Assembly (NCBI GenBank): GCA_963798845.1
Contig: CAWCUS010000006.1
Span: forward strand, 1,184,001-1,248,000
DNA: 64,000 bases
Reading direction: 5' to 3'
DNA from: an uncultured Gemmatimonadales bacterium
GTDB lineage: Bacteria; Gemmatimonadota; Gemmatimonadetes; Longimicrobiales; RSA9
Shown: positions 49,124 to 60,382 of the stretch, one piece after another
Layout: every line of letters begins with the position of its first letter
Numbering within the stretch: position 1 is the stretch's first letter
The notes under the pieces: generated by a model
The model's database searches: none
What the model saw: the letters and a program-made list of their open reading frames with translations, nothing else
What the model was told of the DNA's origin: nothing
Translations under genes and position numbers: made by a program

Positions 49124-50197
49124 ATGCGCATGGAAACGCGTCCGTGGTACCCCGTGACCCACGCGGACGACGGCGTCCCGGCCACGAACACCGACGCGGA
49201 TGTGCTCGCAACGGCCGCATCCTGGCGGGCTGGCGGGAGGGACGTGGCACTGGCCACGGTGGTGGGTACCTGGGGCTCCTCGCCCCGGGCGGCCGGGAGC
49301 CACATGGCGGTGGCCGGCGACGGCGCGTTCGTCGGCTCGGTGTCCGGCGGCTGCGTGGAGGCCGCCGTGGTGGAGGCCGCCCTGGAAGTGATCCGGACCG
49401 GCGAGTGCCGGAGCCTGTCCTTCGGCGTGAATGATGAGACGGCGTGGGAGGTCGGGCTGGCGTGCGGAGGCCAGGTGGCGATCCATGTCGACCCGGTGCG
49501 GGACGCGCTCCTGCCGGAGCTGCTCCGCGCGCTGGAAAGGAAGCGGGCGGCCGTGGTCGCAACGCGCCTGGACGGTGGCGAGCAGGAGCTCCTCTTCCCG
49601 CTGGAGGCGGACGCTGAAGCGCGCAGCGGCGCCTGGCCGGTCGACGCGGCGCGCCGGGCGCTGCTGGACGACCTGCCCGCCACGGTGTCCGACGCGTCGG
49701 GCGAAGTGTTCCTCCGGCCGTACAACCCGCCGGTGCGGCTGGTGGTGGTGGGCGCGGTCCACATCGCTGCGCCCCTGGCCCGCATGGCCGCCACGACCGG
49801 CCTGGAAGTGCACCTCGTCGATCCCCGTACCGCGTTCGCCACCGACGAGCGGTTTCCGGGCCTGCACCTGGTTCGCGCGTGGCCGCGCAAGGCGCTCGAG
49901 GAGCTGCGGCCGGACCACCGTACCGCCGTGGTGACGCTCACCCACGACGCGAAGCTGGACGACCCCGCCCTCGTCGCCGCGCTCGCCACCCCCGCCTTCT
50001 ACATCGGCGCCCTCGGGAGCCGGCGCACGCACGCGAAGCGCCTCGCGCGTCTGCGGGAGCAGGGTGTCGCCGAGGATGCGGTCGCCCGGATCCGTGCGCC
50101 GGTCGGGCTGGACATCGGCGCCCGCACCCCTGCCGAGATCGCCCTCTCGATTCTGGCCGAGCTGGTGGGCGAGCTGCGCCGGGCCACAGCGTCGTGA
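49124..50197 (+). CDS. xdhC: XdhC/CoxI-family Moco insertion chaperone
   Basis: 'TWGSSPR', 'GSVSGGCVE', 'VGLACGG', 'YIGALGSR', 'PVGLDIGA.TPAEIA'. Start uncertain. Confidence 0.88.
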   Translation: MRMETRPWYPVTHADDGVPATNTDADVLATAASWRAGGRDVALATVVGTWGSSPRAAGSHMAVAGDGAFVGSVSGGCVEAAVVEAALEVIRTGECRSLSFGVNDETAWEVGLACGGQVAIHVDPVRDALLPELLRALERKRAAVVATRLDGGEQELLFPLEADAEARSGAWPVDAARRALLDDLPATVSDASGEVFLRPYNPPVRLVVVGAVHIAAPLARMAATTGLEVHLVDPRTAFATDERFPGLHLVRAWPRKALEELRPDHRTAVVTLTHDAKLDDPALVAALATPAFYIGALGSRRTHAKRLARLREQGVAEDAVARIRAPVGLDIGARTPAEIALSILAELVGELRRATAS

Positions 50198-50355
50198 GCG
50201 CCGGCACCGCACCGCTGCGGTGATCCTCGCGGCCACGGCCCGTCCAGCCGGGCGGGCGGGCGGCCAATGCGTCACACCGCGGTGAGATCGCCGGCGGATG
50301 CTATCTTGGAACCCGGGTCGTGACGTCCGCTCTTCCTCTCGAGAGGGTCGCTTCC

Positions 50356-51009
50356 ATGCACATCGCACTGCTCGGTGACTCGACGTTCGACAACGGGGCG
50401 TACACCGACGGCGGGCCGGCCGTGGTGGACCACCTGAACCGGCTCCTGGAGGGCACGGGGCGCGCGACGCTCCTCGCCCGGGATGGCGCCACGCTGGCCA
50501 CCGTCCACGCGCAGCTGGAGGCGCTGAGCGGCCTCATCAGCGAGCCGGACGGCCCCACGCACGTGGCGCTGAGCGCCGGCGGAAACGACTTGCTGGGGAT
50601 GATCGACGTGCTGGCGGAGCCGGTGGGGTCGGTGGGGGAGGGGCTGCTGCGGCTGCGCCAGGCGGCGCGGCGTTTCGGAGCGAGCTACCGGGCGCTCCTC
50701 GACGCCGTGGTCGAGGCAGGGCTGCCCCCGGTGATCTGCACGGTCTACAACGGCGCGTTCGAGGACCCCGCCTACCACGCCATGGTGGAAACGGCGCTGC
50801 GCGTGTTCGACCAGGAGATCGTGAACGCGGGTGTCGAGCGTCAGGTGCCCGTGGTGGACCTGCGCAGCGTTTGCGCCAGCCCCGATGACTACTGGAACCC
50901 GATCGAGCCGGGCGAGCGCGGGGGCGCGAGGATCGCGGCGGCCATCGCGCAGGCGTTCCGGATTCGCACGCCGGCGGCCGATCCTTCGCCCGCGACGCCC
51001 GTGACCTGA
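50356..51009 (+). CDS. SGNH/GDSL hydrolase
   Basis: 'LLGDSTFDN..Y', 'SAGGND', 'NPIEP..GG'. Confidence 0.8.
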   Translation: MHIALLGDSTFDNGAYTDGGPAVVDHLNRLLEGTGRATLLARDGATLATVHAQLEALSGLISEPDGPTHVALSAGGNDLLGMIDVLAEPVGSVGEGLLRLRQAARRFGASYRALLDAVVEAGLPPVICTVYNGAFEDPAYHAMVETALRVFDQEIVNAGVERQVPVVDLRSVCASPDDYWNPIEPGERGGARIAAAIAQAFRIRTPAADPSPATPVT

Positions 51010-51142
51010 GCGAGGCAGCCAGCGCTGACGGCTAGGGCTCCCCGCCCTCCACGGCACTCCAGAAGCCAATGCCGCGACGCGTGTCGTGGTCGGCCATCAT
51101 CGTATCCCGGGCCGCGATCCCGGTGGGCGCGATCGACTCGGG

Positions 51143-53945
51143 TCAGTCCGTCGGCGGGGTACCCTTGAGCGCCATGGTCGCCGTGGCGCCTCCCATCTGC
51201 GGTCCCATGCTCAGCTCGGCCTTCACTGCCCGGTGTGAGGCGCGGTCCATCCAGAACGTGGACGTGGCACCGTTCTCGGGCGTGGTGGTCACCACCCATG
51301 CGTCGAACGTTCCGCCGGGCACGGTGACCTCCTCGGTTCCCGTGACCGCGACACGGACAGGGGTGGTGGCGCCGCGCATGACGTCCAGCTGGTGGACCGT
51401 CGTCGCGTACCCCGGCTCGAGAGGCATGGCGCCGATGGCGAGCTCGAGGGCGAAATCGTCGCCGTAAAGCGGCTCATCGCTCTTCACATCCACTTTCATC
51501 TGCCGGGCGCCGGCGTCGATCGAGCCGGTCACGCCGGCGTCGCCGAAGTCCAGGGTGATGGTCGCGGCACCCTGGTGGGCGTGGCGGGCGACGGGCCGCA
51601 GCGTCGTGGCATCGAGCCAGGTCGTGTCGACCGCCGAACCGGCCGGCAGGCGCGTGGTCTGGATCGCCAGCCAGGCGTCTCGCCCGTCCCACTGCCCCCG
51701 CTGCGCGTCGTGGGTGGACTCCAGGCTCATGGTCTGGCCGCCCGCGTTGACCTCGAGGGTGTAGCTGCGCGAGCCCGCGGTGACGGCCGCGGGATCGACG
51801 GTGGCGGCCACGCCCGCGTCGCCCTCGCCGGGACGTCGCACCGTGACGGTATCGACGTCCACCATGAGGCCGGCGAGGTGCTGTCGCAGCTCAGGGGACA
51901 TCTCGCTCTGATAGCGGCCGCCGAGCTGGCCGGCCAGGAACTCCTCGATCTTGGCGTTCATGGCCAGGCGGTTCATCTCGCCGGCGTAGCCGTGGCCCTC
52001 GTCCGGAGCGACCATGTACTCGACGTCGCGACCGAGGTCGCGCATGGCGACGACGATCTGGTCCGACTCGGCCTTGTTGACGCGCGGATCGTTGGCGCCC
52101 TGGATGACCAGGAGCGGGTCCTCGATCTTCTCGGCGGAGAACAGAGGCGACTGCTGCTCCAGCAGGGCGCGTCCTTCGGGGTCCTCCCAGTCGCCCATTC
52201 GGTTGCGGAAGATGGCGAGGGCCGGGGCCCAGTAGGGCGGCACGGACTTGATCAGGGTGATCAGGTTCGACGGTCCGACGATGTCCACGCCGCAGTCGTA
52301 GAGCTCGGGGGTGAAGGCGAGGCCGGCGAGGGTCGCGTAGCCGCCGTACGAGCCGCCCATGATGCAGACCCGGTCGGGGTCGGCGATCCCCTCGCCGACG
52401 AGCCAGCGCACGCCGTCGCTCAGGTCGTGCTGCATGGTGCCCGTGCCCCACTGCCTGTTTCCGAGGTTCAGCCAGCGCTTCCCGTAGCCGGTGGAGCCGC
52501 GGAAGTTCGGCTGGAGCACGACGTAGCCGCGGTTGGCGAGCCACTGGGGGTAGGCGCTGTAGCCCCATTCGTCCCGGGCCCAGGGACCGCCGTGGGGGAA
52601 GACGACGGCGGGGAGCCCGCTGGCCTCGACGCCCTTCGGCACCGTGAGGTACGCCGGCACCTCCTCGCCGTCGCGGGCGGGATAGCGGACCGGCTTCATC
52701 TGGGCCAGGTACTCCGTGGGGAGATCGGGCCGCGGCCGGTACAGGAGCTGGAGGTCGCCCGAGCGGGTGTCGTACAGGTACGTGGCCCCGGGATCGACGT
52801 CCGAGGTGACGGTGACGATGACCTTCGACTCGTCCTCGGTCGTGGAGCCCAGGTAGATGTCGCCGCGCGGGAGCTCCTGCTCGAGGTGCTGGTAGTGGCG
52901 GGCGAACTCGGCGTCCTTCGGGTAGGTGCGGAGCCGGTCGCCCACGTAGTAGGTGGCGACGAGGTCGTCCGTGGCATCACTGAAGTCCGCGCCGCCGAAG
53001 TCCACCTGGCCCTCCGGGTCGCTCTCGACGAGCTCGGTCTGCTGCGTGGCCGGGTCGAAGAGGACGAGACGGGTCAGATCGGCGTCGCCCTTGTTGGTGA
53101 TCATGTAGACGCGCTTGCCGTCCTTGTGGAAGCGCAACGGGCCGCACTCCTCCTCGAAGCTGCAGGAGTAGACCTCGGTCAGCTTGCCACCGTCGTCGAC
53201 GCGCAGGATGTGGGTGTCGCCCTGGTCGTCCACGCGCACGCCGAGCCGGAGGTTGCCGTCGAGATCCGCCTGCCAGCCCGCGATCTTCTGGTCGTTCCTG
53301 AACACGAGCTCGCGCTCGCCGGTGTCGATGTCCACCCGGTACACGTCGTGGTACGACGGGTCACGGTCGTTGAGGCCCATCAGGATCTCGTCCGGGGTGG
53401 ATTCCGGCATGGCTATGAGGACGGCCCGGACGCCGGAGTACGGCGTCAGGTCGCGCGCCGCGGGAACGCCGGTGCCGGCTTCGGCCGGGGCGGCGGGGTC
53501 CACCGCATACGCGTGGAAGTTCTCGTCTCCCCCCTTGTCCTGGACGTAGAGGACGTAGCGGCTGTCCTGCGTCCAGCCGTACCCGGTGACCGGTCGGGTG
53601 GTGTCGGCGGTGATGGGCCGGGCGGCGTCGAACGGCTCGTCCACGCCCTTGACCCGAGATGTTCATCACGTCACGGTACGGCTTGCGGAACGTGATCCAG
53701 CGGCCGTCCGGCGATATCTGCGCCCCCGAGATCTCCGGGTCGCCGAAGAAGACGTCGCGGTCGATGAGCGGCGGCAGCTCCGCGAGGTAGGCCGCGGAGG
53801 CCGCCGGCGCGCCTGGAGCCGCCGGGGCGGCAGCAGGGGCTGGGGCCGCGGGGGCTGGAGGCGAGGCCCGGTCGGCGGTGCGCGGTGCGCTGGAGCACGC
53901 GGCAGCGAGCAGGGCGACGAAGAAGCAGCGAGCGAGCCGGATCAT
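51143..53945 (-). CDS. S9-family peptidase lipoprotein with extra C-terminal beta domain; +1 frameshift near 53655
   Basis: 'LAAAC' lipobox; 'HGGPW', 'GGSYGGY', 'GANDPRV', 'DEGHG'. Confidence 0.9.
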
Positions 53946-54174
53946 GGGGGTGGTCTCCGGTTGACGGTGGACCCGGGGGGATGCGCTCCGGGAATGTGGG
54001 CCGGGGGTGGTCGTCCGGACAAGGCCAGCGCCAGGCGGCCGGCCGTCGAGCCGGTTGTGCCCCGTTGGATTCGCGCGGGCTCGCGGAGGCGAGCGCCGTC
54101 GGGTGGGCGAGCGACGGCCCCGGCGCGTGCTGTGCCCCGGGGCCGTCGCCCTGCCAGCTGCGGTCGCCTCCGCG

Positions 54175-55578
54175 TCAGGCGATCTGCGGCGAGCGCGGGC
54201 GGACCCGGCGCAGCCGCTTCTCCGCCGCCGCTTCCGCCTCGAGGCGTTGCGCCAGGGTGTCGACGGCGGTGAGGGAGCGGATCATCTCGCCGGCCCAGTC
54301 GGGCGCAGGATCCGGCAGCGGCGGCCGCTTGCCGATTTCCTTCTGGACCGCCTTCAGCCGCTGCGTCAACGCCTCCACGATCTCCGCGAGCGACGGCGCC
54401 CGGGTCAGGTGGATGAAGGCGCCGCAGCCGATGGGCGAATCGGCGTACTGTGGGTCGTCGATGGCGGCCGTATCGTACGCGTCCGAATAGTCGAACGCTT
54501 CCCGAACGCTGATCCGCCCGTTGCCGTTGGCATCGGGGTCGTGGCCGAGGGTGCTGCCATACGCCGTGGCGCCATTCACGCTCTCGAACCACGCGAGCGC
54601 CCAGGGGTCGAAATGGGTCGCGCCGGCGCTCACCTTGTCGGCGGGGACGGCGCTCGCGAACGAGGTCCGGGAAGCCTGGCTGTTGTCGAGCGTCGGCTGG
54701 CTGAAGGCGCCCGAGTAGCACTGCTCCATCGTCACCACGAGCGCGCCGAAGGCCTTCATCCCCGCGAGCATGCTGCCCCACTCCATCGGCGTGACGACGC
54801 TCGAGTTGTCGATGCAGAGGCCGCTCGGCGAGCCGTGATTGTTCGTGTGCACGAACAGGAGGCTGTCGCCGTCCATCTGGTTGCTCAGCGTGCTCAGCGT
54901 CGACTGCAGGTTGGCCTTCGTCGCCGCCCCGTCCACCTGCATCTGGTACGCCGTCCCATCTCCGGCCCAGGTGGCCATGCCGGCAGCCGTGGCATCCGTC
55001 GCCCCAATGCTCCCGTCGTAGCAGAGCACGCGGATGTGGGATGCCGGGAACCCGAAGCGATGCCGGAGGATCCGGTAGGCGAATTCGAGATCCTCGACGT
55101 GGCGGCGGTTGCTGATCTGGCTGGTGAAGAGCAGCGCGTAGCGGTTGTCATCGACGAACCACGGCAACGGCCGGATCTTCGCCCAGTCGATCCTCCCGTA
55201 GACCGTCGGGCGTGTGAACGTCGCCGTCCGCGGCGCATGGAATTCCTCCCGAACCGCGTCCGGATCCGACACCTCGGGCGGGAACATCGCCTCGTGCACG
55301 GCGATCAACCTGCCGTCCGTCGGCGAATGGAACTCGTAGCGGCACGGGTGCCCGAAATTCGCCTCGGGCATCTCGTCCACGAACACGAGGACCAATGTGG
55401 CCGGGACCCGGATCTGTCGGTCGACCAGCCGCAGCACGTGCCCTTCCGGGTATATGCGCTGGACGACGCTGAGGTGGGTCGACGCGGCTGTCCGCTCCGT
55501 CAGGGTCGCGAACGCGCGCGCACGGATCCGGTCGAGAACGGCCTTGTGCGGCAGCTGGCGGGCGTCTTCGGGTGGCAT
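54175..55578 (-). CDS. C13/legumain-like (clan CD) cysteine peptidase
   Basis: 'LFVHTNNHG' and 'MEQCYSGAF' His/Cys dyad motifs; '[14 protein letters not shown]'. Confidence 0.75.
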   Translation of the reverse strand: MPPEDARQLPHKAVLDRIRARAFATLTERTAASTHLSVVQRIYPEGHVLRLVDRQIRVPATLVLVFVDEMPEANFGHPCRYEFHSPTDGRLIAVHEAMFPPEVSDPDAVREEFHAPRTATFTRPTVYGRIDWAKIRPLPWFVDDNRYALLFTSQISNRRHVEDLEFAYRILRHRFGFPASHIRVLCYDGSIGATDATAAGMATWAGDGTAYQMQVDGAATKANLQSTLSTLSNQMDGDSLLFVHTNNHGSPSGLCIDNSSVVTPMEWGSMLAGMKAFGALVVTMEQCYSGAFSQPTLDNSQASRTSFASAVPADKVSAGATHFDPWALAWFESVNGATAYGSTLGHDPDANGNGRISVREAFDYSDAYDTAAIDDPQYADSPIGCGAFIHLTRAPSLAEIVEALTQRLKAVQKEIGKRPPLPDPAPDWAGEMIRSLTAVDTLAQRLEAEAAAEKRLRRVRPRSPQIA

Positions 55579-55603
55579 GAAGTCTCCTCGGGTGGAAGGG
55601 CGA

Positions 55604-55960
55604 TCATTCGTGACGGATCAGGTCCGCGCGCCCATCGGGGTCGCTCACCACCACCCAGCTGTCCGGAAGGAACCCGAACACGGGCGGGCGGTCGGCGTCC
55701 GCACGCGTCACCACGGTCCGCGTGGTGGCATCGACGAGCGCGTATGCGGCAGGGTGCATCCAGTTCGCCCCGGGCATGTCATCCCGGAAGACGAGAACGG
55801 TGGCGTGATCGGTGGCTACGGTTCGAGTGCCGACCTCGACCGTGCCCGGCGGGCGCAGCGCGCGATCAGCATAGACCACACTACCGGGGAGGGCTTCGAG
55901 GGCATTCTTCGCCAGGGACCGGACGGTCTCGATATCGAGCGAAGGCGTGGTCATCTGCAC
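55604..55960 (-). CDS. Small protein homologous to the N-terminal domain of the adjacent peptidase
   Basis: 'TVLVFRDDMPGANWMHPAAY' vs '[21 protein letters not shown]'. Confidence 0.7.
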   Translation of the reverse strand: MQMTTPSLDIETVRSLAKNALEALPGSVVYADRALRPPGTVEVGTRTVATDHATVLVFRDDMPGANWMHPAAYALVDATTRTVVTRADADRPPVFGFLPDSWVVVSDPDGRADLIRHE

Positions 55961-56097
55961 CGCGGCATGGTCCCGACCACGTACATGAGCCGGACCGGTC
56001 GCCGTTCTGGGGGTGATTAAAGATACAATTTTGTGGGAAATAAGATCAAGAGTCGTCCGGACTTGCTCGCCGCGCCACGGCCGCCCATCGTCCCGCC

Positions 56098-56265
56098 ATG
56101 GAATTCCTCAACTTCGTGATCATCCTGACGGCGGGGTGGCTGGTCTGGCGGCGGCCGGAGCGGGAGCGACTGGCGTTCGGACTGCTGGTGCTCAGCTTCC
56201 TCCTCATGGCCGCCATCTTCCTGATCGGCACGCACACGTCGCTGGTTCCCGGGGTGAACCTGTGA
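56098..56265 (+). CDS. dba: Dba-like 55-aa membrane protein (DsbI accessory); not in ORF track
   Basis: MEFLNFVIILTAGWLVWRRPERERLAFGLLVLSFLLMAAIFLIGTHTSLVPGVNL*; two TM segments; resembles Campylobacter Dba from memory; GTGA overlap with the next gene. Confidence 0.75.
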   Translation: MEFLNFVIILTAGWLVWRRPERERLAFGLLVLSFLLMAAIFLIGTHTSLVPGVNL

Positions 56266-57755
56266 CGGCGGGGCCGGCGGGGGTGCTGACGGACGCGCGT
56301 CTGCGCGCGGTGCTGTCGTGGCTGGTGATCGCGCTCCTGGTCGTGCCGGTGGGTGGCGCGCTCTGGCTCGGCTTCGTGCACGGCGAGTCACCGTGCATCC
56401 TGTGCTGGGCGCAACGCACGTCCATGCTGCTGATGGCGCTGGTGGGTGTGTTCGTGATCCGTTACGGGCCGCGCCCGCGCTACCTGGGGATGCTGGTGCT
56501 GCTCGGCGCGTGGGGTGCGTTCATGGCGCTGCGCCATTCCGCGCTGCACCTGGCCCGGGACGTGGGGCAGGGCTTCGCGGGCAACGTCCTGGGCGCGCAC
56601 ACGTACGTCTGGGCGGGCGTGATCCACTGGGTGGTGCTGGTGGTTGCGGGCGTGCTGCTGCTGCTGTTCCGCGGGCCACTCCAGGGGAACCCGGAGCTGA
56701 AGCCGGGGCGCGTCGGCAGCTTCGCCATGGGGCTGCTCGTCGTGCTCACGGCGGCGAACGCGGTGCAGGCGTTCGCGTCCACGGGCCCGCCGCCGTTCTT
56801 CGGGCAGGGCGATCCGATCCGCCTGTCGTGGAACCCGCGCCACTGGGTCTGGTCGCGGGAGGAGGCGACGGGGGCGATCTCCTGGCGCGGATCCTGGACG
56901 ATCGCGGCGCCGGACCCGGCGGGCGCCGGCGTGGATCCGGACCCGGCCAACGGGCCACTGGTGGACCTGCCCTCGCTGGAGATCGTGCGTTGGGAGCGGG
57001 TCGGGGCTAGGCTGGACGGAAGGCTGACGGGGCTGGCGACGTCGCCGGCGGGCGGCCCCGTGCTGGCGGTGACGGACCGGTTCGGCGTGTACTGGCTGGA
57101 TCCCACGCTGTCGCGGGTGCTGCACCGGGTGGTGCTGGACCCCGGCTTCAGCATCGACCTGACGCCGCTCGTCGGCGCCGCGCTCCTGGGCGACACGGCG
57201 GCGGTGCTGTCGCGGAACAAGAGCTACGTGCTGCTGCGGCCCGACTCCGCGGCGGACGCCGACCTGGAGTGGCGCCACTTCCTGGAGACGGACGGGGGAG
57301 TGAGCGAGCTGCGCCGCTCCCGCTTCGCGACCGTGCGCGCGCGCCAGATGTACGCGCTGTCGCTGGCGTACGACCCGGCGGCGGACGAGCTGATCACGGT
57401 CGGCATCCCCTCGCCGCGACACCGGCAGCTGGTCGTGTCCCGCTTCGCGCGCGCGGACATGGTCCTCGCTTCGGAGTTCATTCCCGCCCTCGCGCCCCGG
57501 CTGGCGCTCGCGGGGAAGGAGCGGACGCTGGCGGACTACGTGGTGACGGGCGCCGCCGTCGCCGGGGGCCGGCTGTACGCGCTCAGCGCCGCGTACTCCA
57601 CGCTGCTGGTCATCGACCTGGCGACGAAGCAGGTGACCGCGGCTTACGCGCTGCCGGGGATCGAGCAGCCGGTGGCGGTCGCAGTGCGTGGTGGCGAGTT
57701 GCTGGTGCCGCAATCGGACGGGCGAGTGGCCGTCGTGGAGAGCCCCGCGCCCTGA
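56262..57755 (+). CDS. dsbI: DsbI-type disulfide bond formation protein (DsbB family + periplasmic beta-propeller)
   Basis: 'ESPCILCWAQR' CxxC, 'GAHTYVW', 'QAFASTGPPPF.GQGDP.R.S', long beta-rich C-terminus. Confidence 0.8.
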   Translation: MTAGPAGVLTDARLRAVLSWLVIALLVVPVGGALWLGFVHGESPCILCWAQRTSMLLMALVGVFVIRYGPRPRYLGMLVLLGAWGAFMALRHSALHLARDVGQGFAGNVLGAHTYVWAGVIHWVVLVVAGVLLLLFRGPLQGNPELKPGRVGSFAMGLLVVLTAANAVQAFASTGPPPFFGQGDPIRLSWNPRHWVWSREEATGAISWRGSWTIAAPDPAGAGVDPDPANGPLVDLPSLEIVRWERVGARLDGRLTGLATSPAGGPVLAVTDRFGVYWLDPTLSRVLHRVVLDPGFSIDLTPLVGAALLGDTAAVLSRNKSYVLLRPDSAADADLEWRHFLETDGGVSELRRSRFATVRARQMYALSLAYDPAADELITVGIPSPRHRQLVVSRFARADMVLASEFIPALAPRLALAGKERTLADYVVTGAAVAGGRLYALSAAYSTLLVIDLATKQVTAAYALPGIEQPVAVAVRGGELLVPQSDGRVAVVESPAP

Positions 57756-57765
57756 CGCCGGCGGC

Positions 57766-58467
57766 TCAGCCGTCCGACGGGACGCTGGCGCGGGCGGCTT
57801 CGATGGCGCGGCCCATGGCGATCCCTGCGGCGGCCGCGGCGGCCGTGAGCGAGATGAGGGCGACGGTGACCATGGTGGCGCTCGCCGCCGCCCCCGGCGC
57901 GCCGACGCGCCGGCCGACCTGGTCCTGCAGCACGTCGACGACGAGGAACGTCGCGCCGGCGGCCGCGCCACCCTTCCACGCGAGCACCTTCCCGAGCGCT
58001 CGATCCCGCAGCCCGCGTCCCAGGGAGAGGCCGAGCACGGCCACGACGGCGAAGGTGGTCGGGGCGAACAGCAGCGTGAAGAGGACGTGGATCTTGAAAT
58101 GGGCAGCCGTCGCGGCGCTGAGGGCCAGCGGCTCGCTGATGCCGAGGATGACGGCGGCCGCCACGGCCGGGAGCGCGTAGCCGAGGGCCCCCGCGCGGGC
58201 GCAGAGCCGGAGATCGCCGCCGGCGCGCCGGCCCACGTAGCGACCGAACCCGGCTCCGCCAATGCTCGCGCCCGCCAGTATGATCAGGGCGGCCAGAACG
58301 TAGTCGGCACTTGAGGAATGGAGGCTGGTGAGGCCGGCGAGGAACGCGATCCCGAACGGGAGGGCGAGACCGACCAGGACGAGCCAGAACGCGCCGGCAA
58401 TGGCGTCGCCCGGGGCGCCGGCGCGGGCGGGGACGGCGACGGCTGCGGGTGTGGGGGCAGAGGACAT
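57766..58467 (-). CDS. Hypothetical integral membrane protein
   Basis: About six hydrophobic segments. Confidence 0.65.
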   Translation of the reverse strand: MSSAPTPAAVAVPARAGAPGDAIAGAFWLVLVGLALPFGIAFLAGLTSLHSSSADYVLAALIILAGASIGGAGFGRYVGRRAGGDLRLCARAGALGYALPAVAAAVILGISEPLALSAATAAHFKIHVLFTLLFAPTTFAVVAVLGLSLGRGLRDRALGKVLAWKGGAAAGATFLVVDVLQDQVGRRVGAPGAAASATMVTVALISLTAAAAAAGIAMGRAIEAARASVPSDG

Positions 58468-58741
58468 GGTGGGCCCGTCGAACGGGGGACGTTGGCGGCG
58501 GAAAGCACGACACCGCGTCGCACAAGATCGCCGCCGCGGGCTGTGGGAACAACGATCTCGCCGGCAGCGCGCTCCGTCGGCCCCGCGCTTTCCGGGGGGG
58601 CGGCGGGCGAGGGCGTTGCGGATGGAGGGCACAGGCGAGAAGCTGCTTCCGGCACCGGTGTGAACGGAGCCGGCCGCGGCGTGGGGATGGCGCCCGCCTC
58701 GGGCGCCCGCGGACACACTTCACTTCAACGCGGAGCCTGTG

Positions 58742-58948
58742 ATGGACGAAGAACGCTTCAACATGGACCTGCGGAAATTCCTCAAGACCTTCGGTGTGAC
58801 GGCCCAGCGGGAGATCGAGCGGGCGGTCCAGGCGGGGCTGGACGCAGGGCGCCTGAAGGGCGATGAGACGCTGGCCGTGCGCGCCGTGCTCACCATCGAC
58901 GGCGTGCTGGACGAGCACGTGGTGAACGGCGACATCGCGCTGGAATAG
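58742..58948 (+). CDS. DUF6494-like small protein
   Basis: 'FNMDLRKFLK.FGVT.QREIE.AV'. Confidence 0.75.
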   Translation: MDEERFNMDLRKFLKTFGVTAQREIERAVQAGLDAGRLKGDETLAVRAVLTIDGVLDEHVVNGDIALE

Positions 58949-58995
58949 CTGCGTCGAGCGTCACGCATCCGGCGCGCCCGCCGGCTGCCGGGGCG

Positions 58996-59829
58996 TCATT
59001 CCTGGCGCAGCGAAACCTGGATCCCCGCCCCGATGGACCACTGGTTGAGCCGGAGGTCGCGGGGCGCGCCGTCCGGCACCACGTCGGTCTGCCATTGCAG
59101 GCTGGGGAAGTAGCGGACCGTGTACGCCGTCTCGACGAAGAGGGACATGGCGCCGACCTCGAGGGCCTGGCCGAAAGCGGCGCCCGCAAGGAAGGCTTCC
59201 GCGCTCCCGGCGACACGGGCGCCGTCGCCCGTGATGACCTGGAGCCCCTGGGTCTTCATGTAGCCGGCGCGCAGCCCCCCGTACGTTCCCGTCGGCTCGA
59301 AGGTGGCGTAGAGCGAGGCGGCCGGAAGGTCGCGGACCGAGCCGCGCAGGTCGAGCGTCGAGTCGCGCAGCGCGAGACCCACGACCTGGCCGTAGCCCAG
59401 CCCCATCTCGAACGTCCAGATCGTCCGCAGCGGCGGCCCGGGCGGTGGCACGATCTTCACGTCGTACGTGTAGACCGTGTCCGCCTCGCCGCCGGAGCGG
59501 CGGATCTCCACGCCTTTCCACACCAGCTGGGCCGTGTCCTTCGCGGGCGGCCTCGCCGCTCCGGGGATCGCGCGCTGGACCTGGCCGATCTGGAAGAGGA
59601 GCTCCACGCCGTACGCGTACAGCGCGTCATCCGTCAGCTGCTTCGAGGCGGGCAGGAGCCGACCGGTAGCGCCGTAGAAGCTCACGTCCGTGACGTTGCG
59701 GAGAAACGCTTCCACCGGCCCGAACTGGGCCTGAGCGCGGCCGTGGCAGAAGGCGAGGGCGACGACCGCTACGCCCAGCGCCCTGACGGCTCGCGGCTTC
59801 CCGTGGCGTACCCGTCCCCCGGCCGCCAC
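58996..59829 (-). CDS. Secreted, probable outer-membrane beta-barrel hypothetical protein
   Basis: Signal peptide ending 'GRAQA-Q'; alternating beta-strand pattern; start uncertain. Confidence 0.6.
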   Translation of the reverse strand: MAAGGRVRHGKPRAVRALGVAVVALAFCHGRAQAQFGPVEAFLRNVTDVSFYGATGRLLPASKQLTDDALYAYGVELLFQIGQVQRAIPGAARPPAKDTAQLVWKGVEIRRSGGEADTVYTYDVKIVPPPGPPLRTIWTFEMGLGYGQVVGLALRDSTLDLRGSVRDLPAASLYATFEPTGTYGGLRAGYMKTQGLQVITGDGARVAGSAEAFLAGAAFGQALEVGAMSLFVETAYTVRYFPSLQWQTDVVPDGAPRDLRLNQWSIGAGIQVSLRQE

Positions 59830-59917
59830 ATTGCACACGAGTCCGCTCGAGTCCCACGCTGGCACGACATCCGCATCCAGCGGACACGGACGATCCCTGA
59901 ATCCGGAGGAAACCGTG

Positions 59918-60283
59918 ATGGCACGCAAATGGAGTCTGCTCCCGGTGCTGGTGCTGGCGCTGCTCAGCTTCGGCTGCTTCGGGCTGCTGTCCGGTGGAGG
60001 CGAGAAGGGGCAGACGTCGTTCATCGTGTACAACGACGTGCAGCCGGCTGCCACGGTGACCGTGGTCCTTCGTCGGGGTGACAAGGACGTGGCCACGCTC
60101 GGCACCGTCCCCGCGGGGGAGGAGCGGACGCTCACGTACGCCACGTCCAAACTGGACGACAGCTTCCGCCTGGTGGCGCAGCAGACGAGCGGCGCCTCCA
60201 GCGTGTCGCGGCAGTTCTCGCTCTTCGACGGGGCCCAGGTGCGGTGGCAGATCCGGGTCAACAACCTGTCGGTGTTCCAGTAG
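59918..60283 (+). CDS. Hypothetical lipoprotein
   Basis: GGAGG RBS; 'LLSFGC' lipobox. Confidence 0.7.
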   Translation: MARKWSLLPVLVLALLSFGCFGLLSGGGEKGQTSFIVYNDVQPAATVTVVLRRGDKDVATLGTVPAGEERTLTYATSKLDDSFRLVAQQTSGASSVSRQFSLFDGAQVRWQIRVNNLSVFQ

Positions 60284-60382
60284 TCGCCGAGCGGACGGCG
60301 CGGCGGCTCCCGGGGGCATGGCGCCGTATGGGCCGGGCAGCCCGGGAGCCCCGCACGCGTCTGGCCTCGCGGCTCGCCCGCG

